In this document: positions 1-9,314 of the stretch, piece by piece
Layout: every line of letters begins with the position of its first letter
How positions within the stretch are numbered: the stretch's first letter is position 1
NCBI GenBank assembly: GCA_035221665.1
Contig: CM069164.1
Location: 18,290,001 to 18,354,000, forward strand
DNA length: 64,000 bases
Direction: 5' to 3'
Source: Okamejei kenojei
Lineage: Eukaryota
Program-made: the position numbers and the translations under genes
Notes under the pieces: model-generated
The model's database searches: none
Seen by the model: the letters and a program-made list of their open reading frames with translations, nothing else
Told to the model about the DNA's origin: nothing

Positions 1-950
1 AACATTGGTTGTCCCGCACTTAAGGGTATTGTGTACAGTTCTGGTTGTCACGCTACAAGAAGACAATATCAGTAATAGAGATCGTCAAAAACATTCCCTT
101 GAATGAAAGACTGTAGTCATAAGGATAGATTGGATAGGCTAGATATACGAGAGGCATAGATAAGTATTTTTCCCTGGGCTGGTGTATCTCGAGCTAGAAG
201 GTGAGAGGGAAAAAAAATGTAAAAGACATTGGAAGAGTGTTTTACATAAGAAGCTGCAAAGGGAAGGTAGTGGAGGCAGATACTACTGCAACATTTACAA
301 GGCATATGTTAATGATGTCATTAGAGGTCAATGATTCTGGGACTTTGTTTTAAAATACGGATTTTGTTAACGCGAGCCTATTCTTAAATTTGTGGAAAAT
401 GAAGTTAAAATAATCCTGGTTAAAACTGTTTAGTTTGTATATTTGAATAATTTACATTTTAGTAAAGAAATCTTTGAATTAATAATAGATGATACCGCAA
501 AAGCAGGATGTTTTTGTTCCGGCAACCATGTGACCCATCTTTCCTCGCTGCCTCTTATCTAGAAGGCAAGGACCCTGTTCACAACAGCTGCACACACACA
601 AAGTCAGCTTAAAATCAAAGCGGAGCTTTCAGCACAATCTTTCTTGCTGGTAAACAATTAATCTAGGCCAATCACAAGCTAATACAACAGTCCAGCAATA
701 ACCATTACCAATTCTGAATTTGAAGCTTTAAGACAATCAATTGCTTTGTTTTAAATGTAATGTATTCCATTCCCAATTCATTTTTTTTATTGTTCTCGTC
801 CAAATATCTTTGGTCAGATAAAATATGTTCTGATTATTTTTATTTCAATGTCCTTATCTATGAAAAATGTAAACCATATAGGAAGGTTACAATGCCACTT
901 CTAAAACAGGAGAAATGCAAGTAAGCCTGCCTATTGAGTTTTCATTATAT

Positions 951-2287
951 GGGTGTTTCCGTAAATACAGCACTCAGTCGCGAAAATGAAGTTCCCCAAA
1001 CCTCCAGGTTATTTTCCTGTTTTTTTTTAATGTCATAATCCCATTGTTTCACATCCTGTATAAGTACTATAGATAATGGTATATAGCCAAAATAATGAGT
1101 TGAAGCAAAAATAAATAAATCTGTTTCTACAAAGAAAAATAGCAGATAAGCCCTGTGCTTGCCTTATTTTGAGAATTTTTTCAAGCAGGATTTCATCAAA
1201 CCCTTAGGCTAATTTATACCAAAAAAAATCACATTAATTGTGCAATTAAATAACTCTATACAAGCCAAATTCTGATTATATTTATGATTTTTATCATTCA
1301 TCACCTGATTTTATGGTTTTCTGATGCTCAAAGATTTTGCAGCAAAACACGAGTAGCAATGCCCATTTGGCCACGTGTGAAAAGTGTGATTTAAAGGCAG
1401 TGTAACTGTTTTTATATTTAAGTTTCTTTTTAATTGTTTATATTCAGTGTTTAAGCTTTCCATTGAAATACTTAATAATGAATTTTTAAAAAATCATGAA
1501 ATAAAAATCTAGTTTGCTCACCTATTTTATCGAAATAATTCTGTTGCCCCTCCTGTTTTCTGACCTCGTCGATGATACAAAGATTTTTTTGCACTCGTTG
1601 CGATTAAAAAAGAAATTCAAACAACGCTTTTGTAATGACCCTGACCTGAAGTACGTGCCGACATTTTGCAAGGGAGCTTAGAAATCAGTATAAGAGACAG
1701 TATCCAAATGGTCACGTTGTGGGCACTCTGAGCTCTGAAGAACGTTGTGTTCACTTTTTTTTTGCTTGGCATCATTGGTTAGTAAAAACCTTTTTGCACT
1801 TTTTCGTTCTTTTCCTGCAAGTGCTGCTTCTAGTTTACTCTAGTTTACTATAGAAATGTTTAAATTATGTTAAACTTTCAGTGCTTGTTGTTATGGTGTT
1901 GTAAAGTGTGTGCACTATAATTAAGGGAATCGGGTTCCAGATAACGCCATGTATCGTTGAAAGTATGTTCCTGTCCACTCAGATGCTTTTGGTTCGGGGC
2001 AAAATTCTAGTAAATTAACATCAAAAACAATGAAAGCTTTCTATATATTTTTCTCATTTATGTGTATTTTTTAAAAATAATAAATTTGTAAATCCATTTC
2101 TCTTTTTTTTTCAAATTTTGAAAGTTATAAATTTTAGGGCAAATTTTGATCGATTTTGATCACAAATTAGCTCAAAAGGATCATTGGTAGGCCCATTTTT
2201 AATGCTGTGGTATTTCATTATAAATTAATATCTTTCAAAATTGGCCACCCATGTCACAGGTTGGTACCCTAATTTACAGAAACACCC
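951..2287. mobile_element. Non-autonomous DNA transposon with terminal inverted repeats, family uncertain
   Basis: GGGTGTTTCCGTAAAT (951-966) and ATTTACAGAAACACCC (2272-2287) are 15/16 inverted matches. ATAT flanks both sides (947-950, 2288-2291). No long ORF inside. Confidence 0.75.
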
Positions 2288-2566
2288 ATATACAAAGTCA
2301 TACCACTTACCATGCAATACAAAGCTTTAAGCTTTATGCACTTAAAGATTTAAAAATATTCCAATACTTAACATTGATGTTTAGAAAACATTAAGCTTTC
2401 TATTATCTCATGCCATTAATAACAAAATGATACCATGCTGCTGCCAATTTAAATCTGTTCAAGGTATTTATAAAATTGCATGTTACTGCCTTATGAAAGT
2501 AAATTGGGAGCAAAAACTTTGATGTCACCTATGTTTTGCTTTATCCCCAGCAACCAGCCAAGATTA

Positions 2567-2885
2567 GTGGTGGCACAGCTGGTAGAGCTGCTGCATCACA
2601 GTGCCAGAGACCTGGGTTCAATCCTGACCTTGAGTAATGTATGTGTTCTCCCTGTCCACGTTTTCAATTTGCACGTGTTCTCCCTGTGACCACGTTTCCT
2701 CTGGGTGCTCCGGTTCCTTCCACATCCCAAAGATATGCGGGTTTCTAGGGTAATTAGTCGCTATAAATTGCCCCTAGTGCGTGGGGAGTGGATGAGAAAG
2801 TGGGATAACAGAACTAGTGTGAACAATGGGTGGTGTAAGCTTGCTTTTTGGGCCAAAGGGCCTGTTTCCATGCAGTATCGGTAAA
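2567..2885 (+). mobile_element. tRNA-derived SINE (V-SINE/HE1-like)
   Basis: A-box-like GTGGCACAGCTGG and B-box-like GGTTCAATCC, followed by a body (ctccggttccttccacatcccaaaga...taaattgcccctagtg...gggcctgtttccatgc) that recurs many times in the window. Confidence 0.75.
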
Positions 2886-3224
2886 CTGTTCTATATTATA
2901 CAACATAAATACATTCACATTATCATGTCAGAAGGAAGATATGGATTACAGATTTACAAATTGCCTGAAGCAATGAAAACAACAGTGTTCTAAGTATTCA
3001 TGCAGTGAATTTTCAGGAATATCGTACCAAAGTCAATAACATCAGGAAAATTTTGAATTCCACTTCATGGCTGTCAGTGGAACATTAACCAAGCTGTATA
3101 CAAAAAGGCTCTCTAATGAATAATTTCCTGCATATATTTCATATAATTGTTATTAATTCAAGATGTGCTCACTCAACTGAGATGAAAGTTTAAAAGAATA
3201 ACTGCCAATAAAATGTTAAAATGA

Positions 3225-4430
3225 ATGAATTAATACGTTTATTGGCCAAGTATGTACACATACAAGGAATTTGCCTTGGTGCTCCACTCGCAAGTAACAA
3301 CACGGCATAGAGTAACAATTAAGAATGACTCATAAACATTAAATATTAATAAAACATTACAGTTTAAACATGTGAATGAAATAAAATACCAGGACTTTTG
3401 GTTATTGAGTAGAGCTACTACTTATGGAGGGGTCAAGGAAAGAGCGTTCACGTCGCGGCCCTGTTTCCACCAATCTTTCCACCACTACGCAGAAGAAGCA
3501 GGAGAAGCGACAAGACAGACACCATTGTATGCAGATGCCGAGAAGTGTGTTCAGCTCTGGCTGAGCAACTTCTAATCTTGTGTGTGGACCCGACAAGAAG
3601 AAGAACTACTACTTATGGAAAAAAAGCTGTTTTTATATCTAGCTGTGGCGGCTTTGACAGTCCGGAGTTGCCTTCCAGAGGGAAGTGCTTCAAAGAGTTT
3701 GTGGCCAGGGTGAGAGAGGTCAGAGACGATCTTACCCGCTCACTTCCTGGACCTTGCAGTGTACAGTTCGTCAATGGAGGGAAGGTTGCAGCCAACAACC
3801 TTCTCAGCTGATCGGACGATTCGCTGCAGCCTCCGGATGTCCTGCTTGGTGGCTGAACCAAACCAGATCAGGAGGGAGAAGGTGAGGACAGACTCTACGA
3901 TCGCAGTGTAGAATTAGACCATCATTGCCTGTGGCAGATTGTGTTTCCTCAGCTGCCGCAGGAAATACACCCTCTGTTGGGCCTTTTTGACTGTGGAGTT
4001 GATGATGGCCCCCCACTTCAGGTCCTTGGAGATGAATGGTTCCCAGGAACTTAAAAGACTCCGCAGATGTGATTGTGGTGTTGTTGATGGTGAGGGGGGG
4101 GGGGAGGGGAGGGGGGAAGCTCTCCTAAAGTCTACTATCAAATTCTACTGTCTTCGGAGCATTAAGCTCCAGGTTGTTACAAAGGCACCAGGATGCCAGC
4201 TGTGTCACTTCCTGTCTGTAGACAGATTCCTCCCCATCCTGGATCAGTCCAATTAGGGTTGTGTCATCCGCAAACTTGAGAAGCTTGACAGAGGAGTCTG
4301 TGGAGGTGTAGAGAGAGTGAAGGAGAGGGGAGAGTACGCTGCCTTGCGGTGCTCCTAAGCTGAGGATCTGCGGGTCCGAGAAGTGCTTTCCCAGCCTCAC
4401 ATGCTGCTTCCTGTCTGTCAGGATTATGAA
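3225..4430 (-). mobile_element. Rex1/Babar-type LINE, 5'-truncated and decayed
   Basis: RT motifs in ORFs 4125..4439 (GAPQGSVLSPLL, KFADDTTLIGLI, LELNAPKTVE) and 3914..4141 (KKAQQRVYFLRQLRK). Frameshifted. Confidence 0.85.
3429..3605 (+). mobile_element. Short retroposon 3' fragment with (AAG)n tail, nested in the Rex1 LINE
   Basis: 14-bp target-site duplication CTACTACTTATGGA at 3415-3428 and 3606-3619. Insert ends ACAAGAAGAAGAA. Confidence 0.75.
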
Positions 4431-6874
4431 ATTATACATGAGATTGAATTGTTTTTAATAGCTTGGTAAATCAGTTATGTCAGGACTGTCGTCAGTAGAC
4501 GATCGGGGCATAACGAAAGAGTTTTTCTTCCCATACAAACAACTATTAGTAAATGGAATCTTTAACCACTATAGATTACCAAAGTTTATACTTTTTGTTT
4601 TATCTAAAAGGGAATTTGAATTTATAAATGTGAACAAATTCCACGGAGAAAGACTGCACTCAACACATCCAATTAAGGATTTACTACCAACACAGTGGGT
4701 TGAATTGCTTCCATCTGTGCTATGAATTATTAGGAAAATGGCGAAACAGTGTTCTATGTATGTAGTAATAACAGCCAAATGAGAAGGCCTTTTATATGGA
4801 ATATCAAAGATGCTGTATCTGTTCAAGGAAACATTGCAAATTACATGTACATGCAACTGCTATGCTTCTCCCAAAATGATCTTTCCAGTCACATATTCAA
4901 ACCAAAGGTTTAAAAAGGTTTTGTTTTCAAAAAGCCATCACTATTTTCTTTGCAATTCATCTACTTTGAACCACCGCTAGCAAAACATGTTTCAGTATAA
5001 CTATATGAAAAATGTTTTTAAATCAATTTATATGACCCGAGTGCAACATCAAATGCTCATAATTTATACAATTTATGGCTTTCAATAGAATACTTATTTT
5101 GCATTGCAATGATGTTTTGCTAAGTTATAATGTTTTTCCGATTACAGTAAAATTGCCATGTACGTTACTGAAGATATTTTAATTATATGTTGAGACAGTT
5201 GTCATAGAACCAGAGCACAGAAACAGGCCAATCTCACCAAGTTGCCCCATCCATGCTAATGTTGTTTGCTCGCATTTGGCCATTATCCTCTTAACCTTTC
5301 CTATCAATCTTCTATCTTGGAATAGTTTCAATAGATTAAAAAAGCTCTTAAAATTTTTGCTCTGCCTTATAAATTTTCAATGAAAGGAATAGTTCTGGAT
5401 TTAACGTTTGCAATGTCTCAAAGCACAGTGGAAATGTTATTTTAAAATTTGACTTTAGAAGTCAATCTTGCCAATCAGATTAGAAATACACGAAATTGTC
5501 ATATTTCATAAATTATTGCATTACCACACAAAAATGGAAAGGTTTTTTTTCAATTAAAAATATATACATTTGAATAGCATTATACTTAGCTTTTCAACTT
5601 AGAGATACAAAAAACCTTAATTTACTCCAAAAAATTATAGCTCACCGAAATCTAAATCTAACAATATCAACACAATCAACATCTTCAATGTTCTTTGGAG
5701 TTTTTATTTGTTTAAAAATTACAATGATGTGCAACTAAAATCTTTAATTGATTGCATCACATGACCAAAGGTTCCGTTATTCTAAAAGTTGTTCTCAACC
5801 ACTAAGTGAATCGAAGGGTTAAGCAGAAAAAAAACACAAAATAGGGTGAAGGAAACACAAAAAAGTGAAAATGAGAATAGAAAATAGAATAAAAACTAAA
5901 AATGGGCATTAAAGTACAAAACATCAATGTGTCAATAGGTTTCATTCAAAATTAAGACTGCATTTTAAATTCTAGTTTCATTTTCTGTCTTGTATGGTCT
6001 TCATTTTTCACATCCGCATTTTTCTAACTTTTCACTAGTGTGCCTGTTTTTAAAGCTGGTTTCCTCCAATGATCACCCTTGCTTTTTAAAGTCCTTCCCC
6101 GAGTCCCACATTTTCTTTTTACCCACCCACTTTCACTCCTCTTCCCCATCCCATCCATATCCCTCTCTTCAGATTTTTCATCACCCCCTCGTTATCTGAT
6201 ATCCTTTTGTCTCCTTTTCACATCTACCCATTGTCCAATCATCTGCCCATCACTCTCCTCACCTGTATCCACCTGTCACTTCTCAGGCTTTGCCCCTCCC
6301 CACCTCACTTTTCCAGCGTTCTTCCTCCTTACTAAGAAGGGGCCCGACCCAAATCATTTTCCATTCCTTCCACAGATGCTGTCTGGCCCAGAATTCGTCA
6401 AGAAGGTTGTTTTTTGGCTAAGTATGTGTCCTCTAATTTGACCTACCTCTAATATGGAGGAACGTTTCTTGCATTAGCTTATATTATGGTAGCTCTATTG
6501 TTATATGCAAATTACAATCTCTATAAATCCCAACCAAAACAAAAGGATAGGGATTAAGATTCTAAAATGATAAAGGAAGGAAGGTATGAGCAAGGTAAAC
6601 TAAGAAAACTGTTTACTGTTAAAACAACAATATTACAAATCAAAACAATAGGCCACAGGTTTTGAAAGCCTCTGCCATTCTTCAAAATGATGTTCTAACT
6701 CATCCAAGTTCTTGCCTTATCACCCAAACACCCTTAAATCTCCATCTTAGCCCTGAATATATATACTCAAGAACTCAGCAGTTAATTTATACCTATTTTG
6801 CAGCGCCAATGCAGGAAATTTGAGCAACACAGTGAAGTTGGTAAATTGTTTTAACCAGGGAAATAAGTCCTCTA

Positions 6875-7014
6875 GGGTATACAAAGTCTGAAGAAGGGTC
6901 TCGACCCGAAACGTCGCCTATCTCCTTCGCTCCTTAGATGCTGCTGCACCCGCTGAGTTTCTGCAGCCTTTTGTGTACCCTCGATTCTCCAGCATCTGCA
7001 GTTCCTTCTTTAAC
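6875..7014 (+). mobile_element. Young Penelope-like element terminal fragment with hammerhead-like core
   Basis: 14-bp TSD AAATAAGTCCTCTA at 6861-6874 and 7015-7028. Core CTGAAGA-A-GGGT-CTCG-ACCC-GAAACGTC at 6888-6915. Two mismatches versus the copy at 12604-12729. Confidence 0.8.
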
Positions 7015-7904
7015 AAATAAGTCCTCTAATTGTGTAAAAGAAAACCAAATATGGATTTGTTGTTGGCAGGACTGAAGACCATGAAAAAGAAAATGCCAAC
7101 CAGACTTTTCTCAGTCTGGGCAAAAAATCAAAATAGCGAGATAAAATCTCGCCTCCACCAGTCCATGGAGCTAATTCACAATCTTTGACTCAATTTATCA
7201 ATTTCAATTGTGCCATTGCAGAAAATATAAATATTGCTAAACTGCAGGTGGAAAATTGTTAATGAATAAGTTTCGTTGGTGAGCTGCGGATTGCAGAAAT
7301 AAATAGTGCAACAGCTTATTTCCAATAACGCTGGCGTAAAAAATGATGAAATGCGGAAATCGTCCTTTCTATGTACTGTACTTAACATTTGAAACAAAGA
7401 TATACTATAAGATAAATGCCTATTATTGCCACATCGTTTGACCTTATCGCAAAGGATTACGCTCAGAGCAACATTCCTGATAATGTACACTATTAATATG
7501 CTTGATTTCCTAATTTTTGACAATATCCTGATCCATCAATAGTTGCTCTATTAGAACCTGCGCAACCCACAGCGCTATCGACGGCGAGTGCGTCAGGAGA
7601 TCGGAAGTCCTCAAATAACACCGGCTGACAAATGTGACCGGTGTCGACAGCCGAGGGTCGCACTGTGGTGAGGTTGGGGAAACACCCTGCCTGCCCCCGG
7701 GTTGAGAGGGTGGAAAGGACAAGAGTATAGGCTGGGCATGAAGACGAGACGAGACAGGCCCTGCCCTGCCCTGCCCGGCAGCGATTCACATCCAGTGGCA
7801 GCGCCGGCGATCGGCCCCGGGACATCGCTGGACAGACTGTCCGCCCCGATGGACAGCGACGCGTTTGCGCGCGGGCCCGGGACGCCCGGAGGCGGTGGCC
7901 TTAC

Positions 7905-8010
7905 CTGCCTCCCCTCAGCCGGAGGTGCCTCACGCTGTGTGCCGGTTAAAACCACCATCCACACCCGGCCCTTGTGATGTTTTGACTGACGAGCAGTGAC
8001 GACGCCGCCG
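7905..8010 (-). other. CCPG1: Probable non-coding first exon of CCPG1 (5' boundary approximate)
   Basis: Consensus donor CAG|GTAAGG on the minus strand, exon end 7905, inside the CpG island. Identity rests only on synteny (CCPG1 is head-to-head with PIERCE2 in human). No CCPG1 coding exon was recognised in 1-7900. Confidence 0.5.
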
Positions 8011-8046
8011 AGCGAAGCGTCAAAACAAGCGCCACGAGGCCGCGCC

Positions 8047-8065
8047 GCATTGTGGGACTTGTAGT
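8047..8065 (-). promoter_or_regulatory. ZNF143/THAP11 (SBS) motif
   Basis: Minus strand ACTACAAGTCCCACAATGC matches the ACTACAnnTCCCAnAATGC consensus. Confidence 0.8.
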
Positions 8066-8106
8066 CCCGCGTCTCGAAGCCAGCGCCGGGGCCGCCGCGT
8101 CACCGG

Positions 8107-8125
8107 ACTACGCCGCCCAGAATGC
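8107..8125 (+). promoter_or_regulatory. Second ZNF143/THAP11 (SBS)-like motif
   Basis: ACTACGCCGCCCAGAATGC fits ACTAYRnnnCCCAnAATGC and points away from the first motif. Confidence 0.65.
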
Positions 8126-8203
8126 AGCGCGGGCCGGGCCGGGCCGGGCCGGCAGCGTCCGCCCGCCGAACACGTCGCCCTCGGACAACCCCGATCAGGC
8201 GCG

Positions 8204-8217
8204 GTTACCAAGGCAGC
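8204..8217. promoter_or_regulatory. RFX X-box upstream of PIERCE2
   Basis: GTTACCAAGGCAGC is close to GTYRCC-NN-RGYAAC and lies about 140 bp before the ATG of a ciliary gene. Confidence 0.7.
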
Positions 8218-8354
8218 GCTGCCACAACAACGACGCTGGCGGGGAGCGAGTGGGGGCGATTAGGGAGTGAGGAGCCGCTACTCGGCGCCTGTGGCCGACT
8301 GGGCGCCGGAGAAAGCCCTCGGGAAGAGAAGAGGCTCGCACCGCCACCGCCACC

Positions 8355-9314
8355 ATGGCTGACTGTCACGTCCCATCGCCCGCTCGAAGGGTCCAGTTCA
8401 AAGAACCAGAATGTGACGACTTCAACTTCCAGCAGCCCTTCGTTCCAAAGCCGGAATCTGATGAGCCGCCGAGGGATCTCAACTCATCTCCGACCCGCCA
8501 GGTCCCGCTTAAGGACAGCGAGTTCGACTGCCTCAACCAATCCATCGCTTCAAAGCCTGATTCTGGTGCTGTAAGTGTAACCTGTGACGATCAAACCCCA
8601 AATAATGAATCTGAAGAGTGCGAAGCGAACTATCGGCCCGTTGCTCCAAAGGCGGACTTCGAAGACCCCGTGTATGATGATCCCTGTGCGCCAAACACTG
8701 GAATTGATGGATTTAGATACTCAGTCTGCGACGACCTCAGCACACCCATCGCTCCAGCAGTTGGCATTAAGGACTCCATCTGTGACAAGTACTGTTTCAC
8801 TCCAGGGGATCCTTTGGAAGATCCGTTGCGTGATGATTTCAACCCTTCCACTTCTTTAATAGTTCCCTTGGATTCAGTATGTCACGACCTAAAATCAGGC
8901 CTTGATTGCAAAGACGCAAGTGGTGATCTCGCGCAATCCTATGCTCCACAAGTTGAGGACAGAAAGGAAACGAGAAGCGACGATACTATTCCCGTCCGCC
9001 CTCCAACGACAAAGGATACGAAGAAGCTGTGGTTTCCCTGTGCGAACCCTGGAAACCCTGTCTTTTCCTGCATGGAAAGGGTCCCAATGTCGCCACAATC
9101 CTCGGCACCATTCGTGAAACCCCAGAATCCGCTGTTCAGAACAACCTCTGCCGATTATGGATCCAATGAACCGACTTGTGACATTGCACCCTCTGTCTAC
9201 AAACCGCTATCGCAGTCGTTCTCAGAGGCGCTCAACACCGGTGGGATGTATCGGAATCGCTCCCTGAACACTTCGTCGGATAAGAAGAGAATTCACGATT
9301 TACTCCCGCTTTGA
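8355..9314 (+). CDS. PIERCE2: Piercer of microtubule wall 2 (C15orf65, DUF4490 family), single-exon ORF with long N-terminal extension
   Basis: 319-aa ORF with a perfect Kozak context (GCCACCATGG). The C-terminal ~92 aa (NPGNPVFSCM...KPQNPLFRTTSADYG...SQSFSEALNTGGMYRNRSLNT) resemble PIERCE2. Position and orientation relative to DNAAF4 match human. Confidence 0.88.
   Translation: MADCHVPSPARRVQFKEPECDDFNFQQPFVPKPESDEPPRDLNSSPTRQVPLKDSEFDCLNQSIASKPDSGAVSVTCDDQTPNNESEECEANYRPVAPKADFEDPVYDDPCAPNTGIDGFRYSVCDDLSTPIAPAVGIKDSICDKYCFTPGDPLEDPLRDDFNPSTSLIVPLDSVCHDLKSGLDCKDASGDLAQSYAPQVEDRKETRSDDTIPVRPPTTKDTKKLWFPCANPGNPVFSCMERVPMSPQSSAPFVKPQNPLFRTTSADYGSNEPTCDIAPSVYKPLSQSFSEALNTGGMYRNRSLNTSSDKKRIHDLLPL

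Larger units (their letters stand above)
7560..8400. promoter_or_regulatory. CpG island / bidirectional promoter (CCPG1-PIERCE2)
   Basis: Abrupt GC- and CpG-rich stretch in AT-rich DNA. Contains divergent ZNF143-type motifs, an X-box, a minus-strand splice donor and the PIERCE2 start codon. Confidence 0.85.

Noticed and set aside
1-7900. CCPG1 coding exons
   Set aside because: No MSENSSDSDSSCGWTVI-like or other CCPG1 peptide was found on the minus strand. They probably lie beyond the left edge of the window.
7176-8270. Several overlapping 60-150 aa ORFs across the CpG island
   Set aside because: These are GC-rich, stop-poor promoter frames with Pro/Arg/Gly-rich translations and no recognisable domain.
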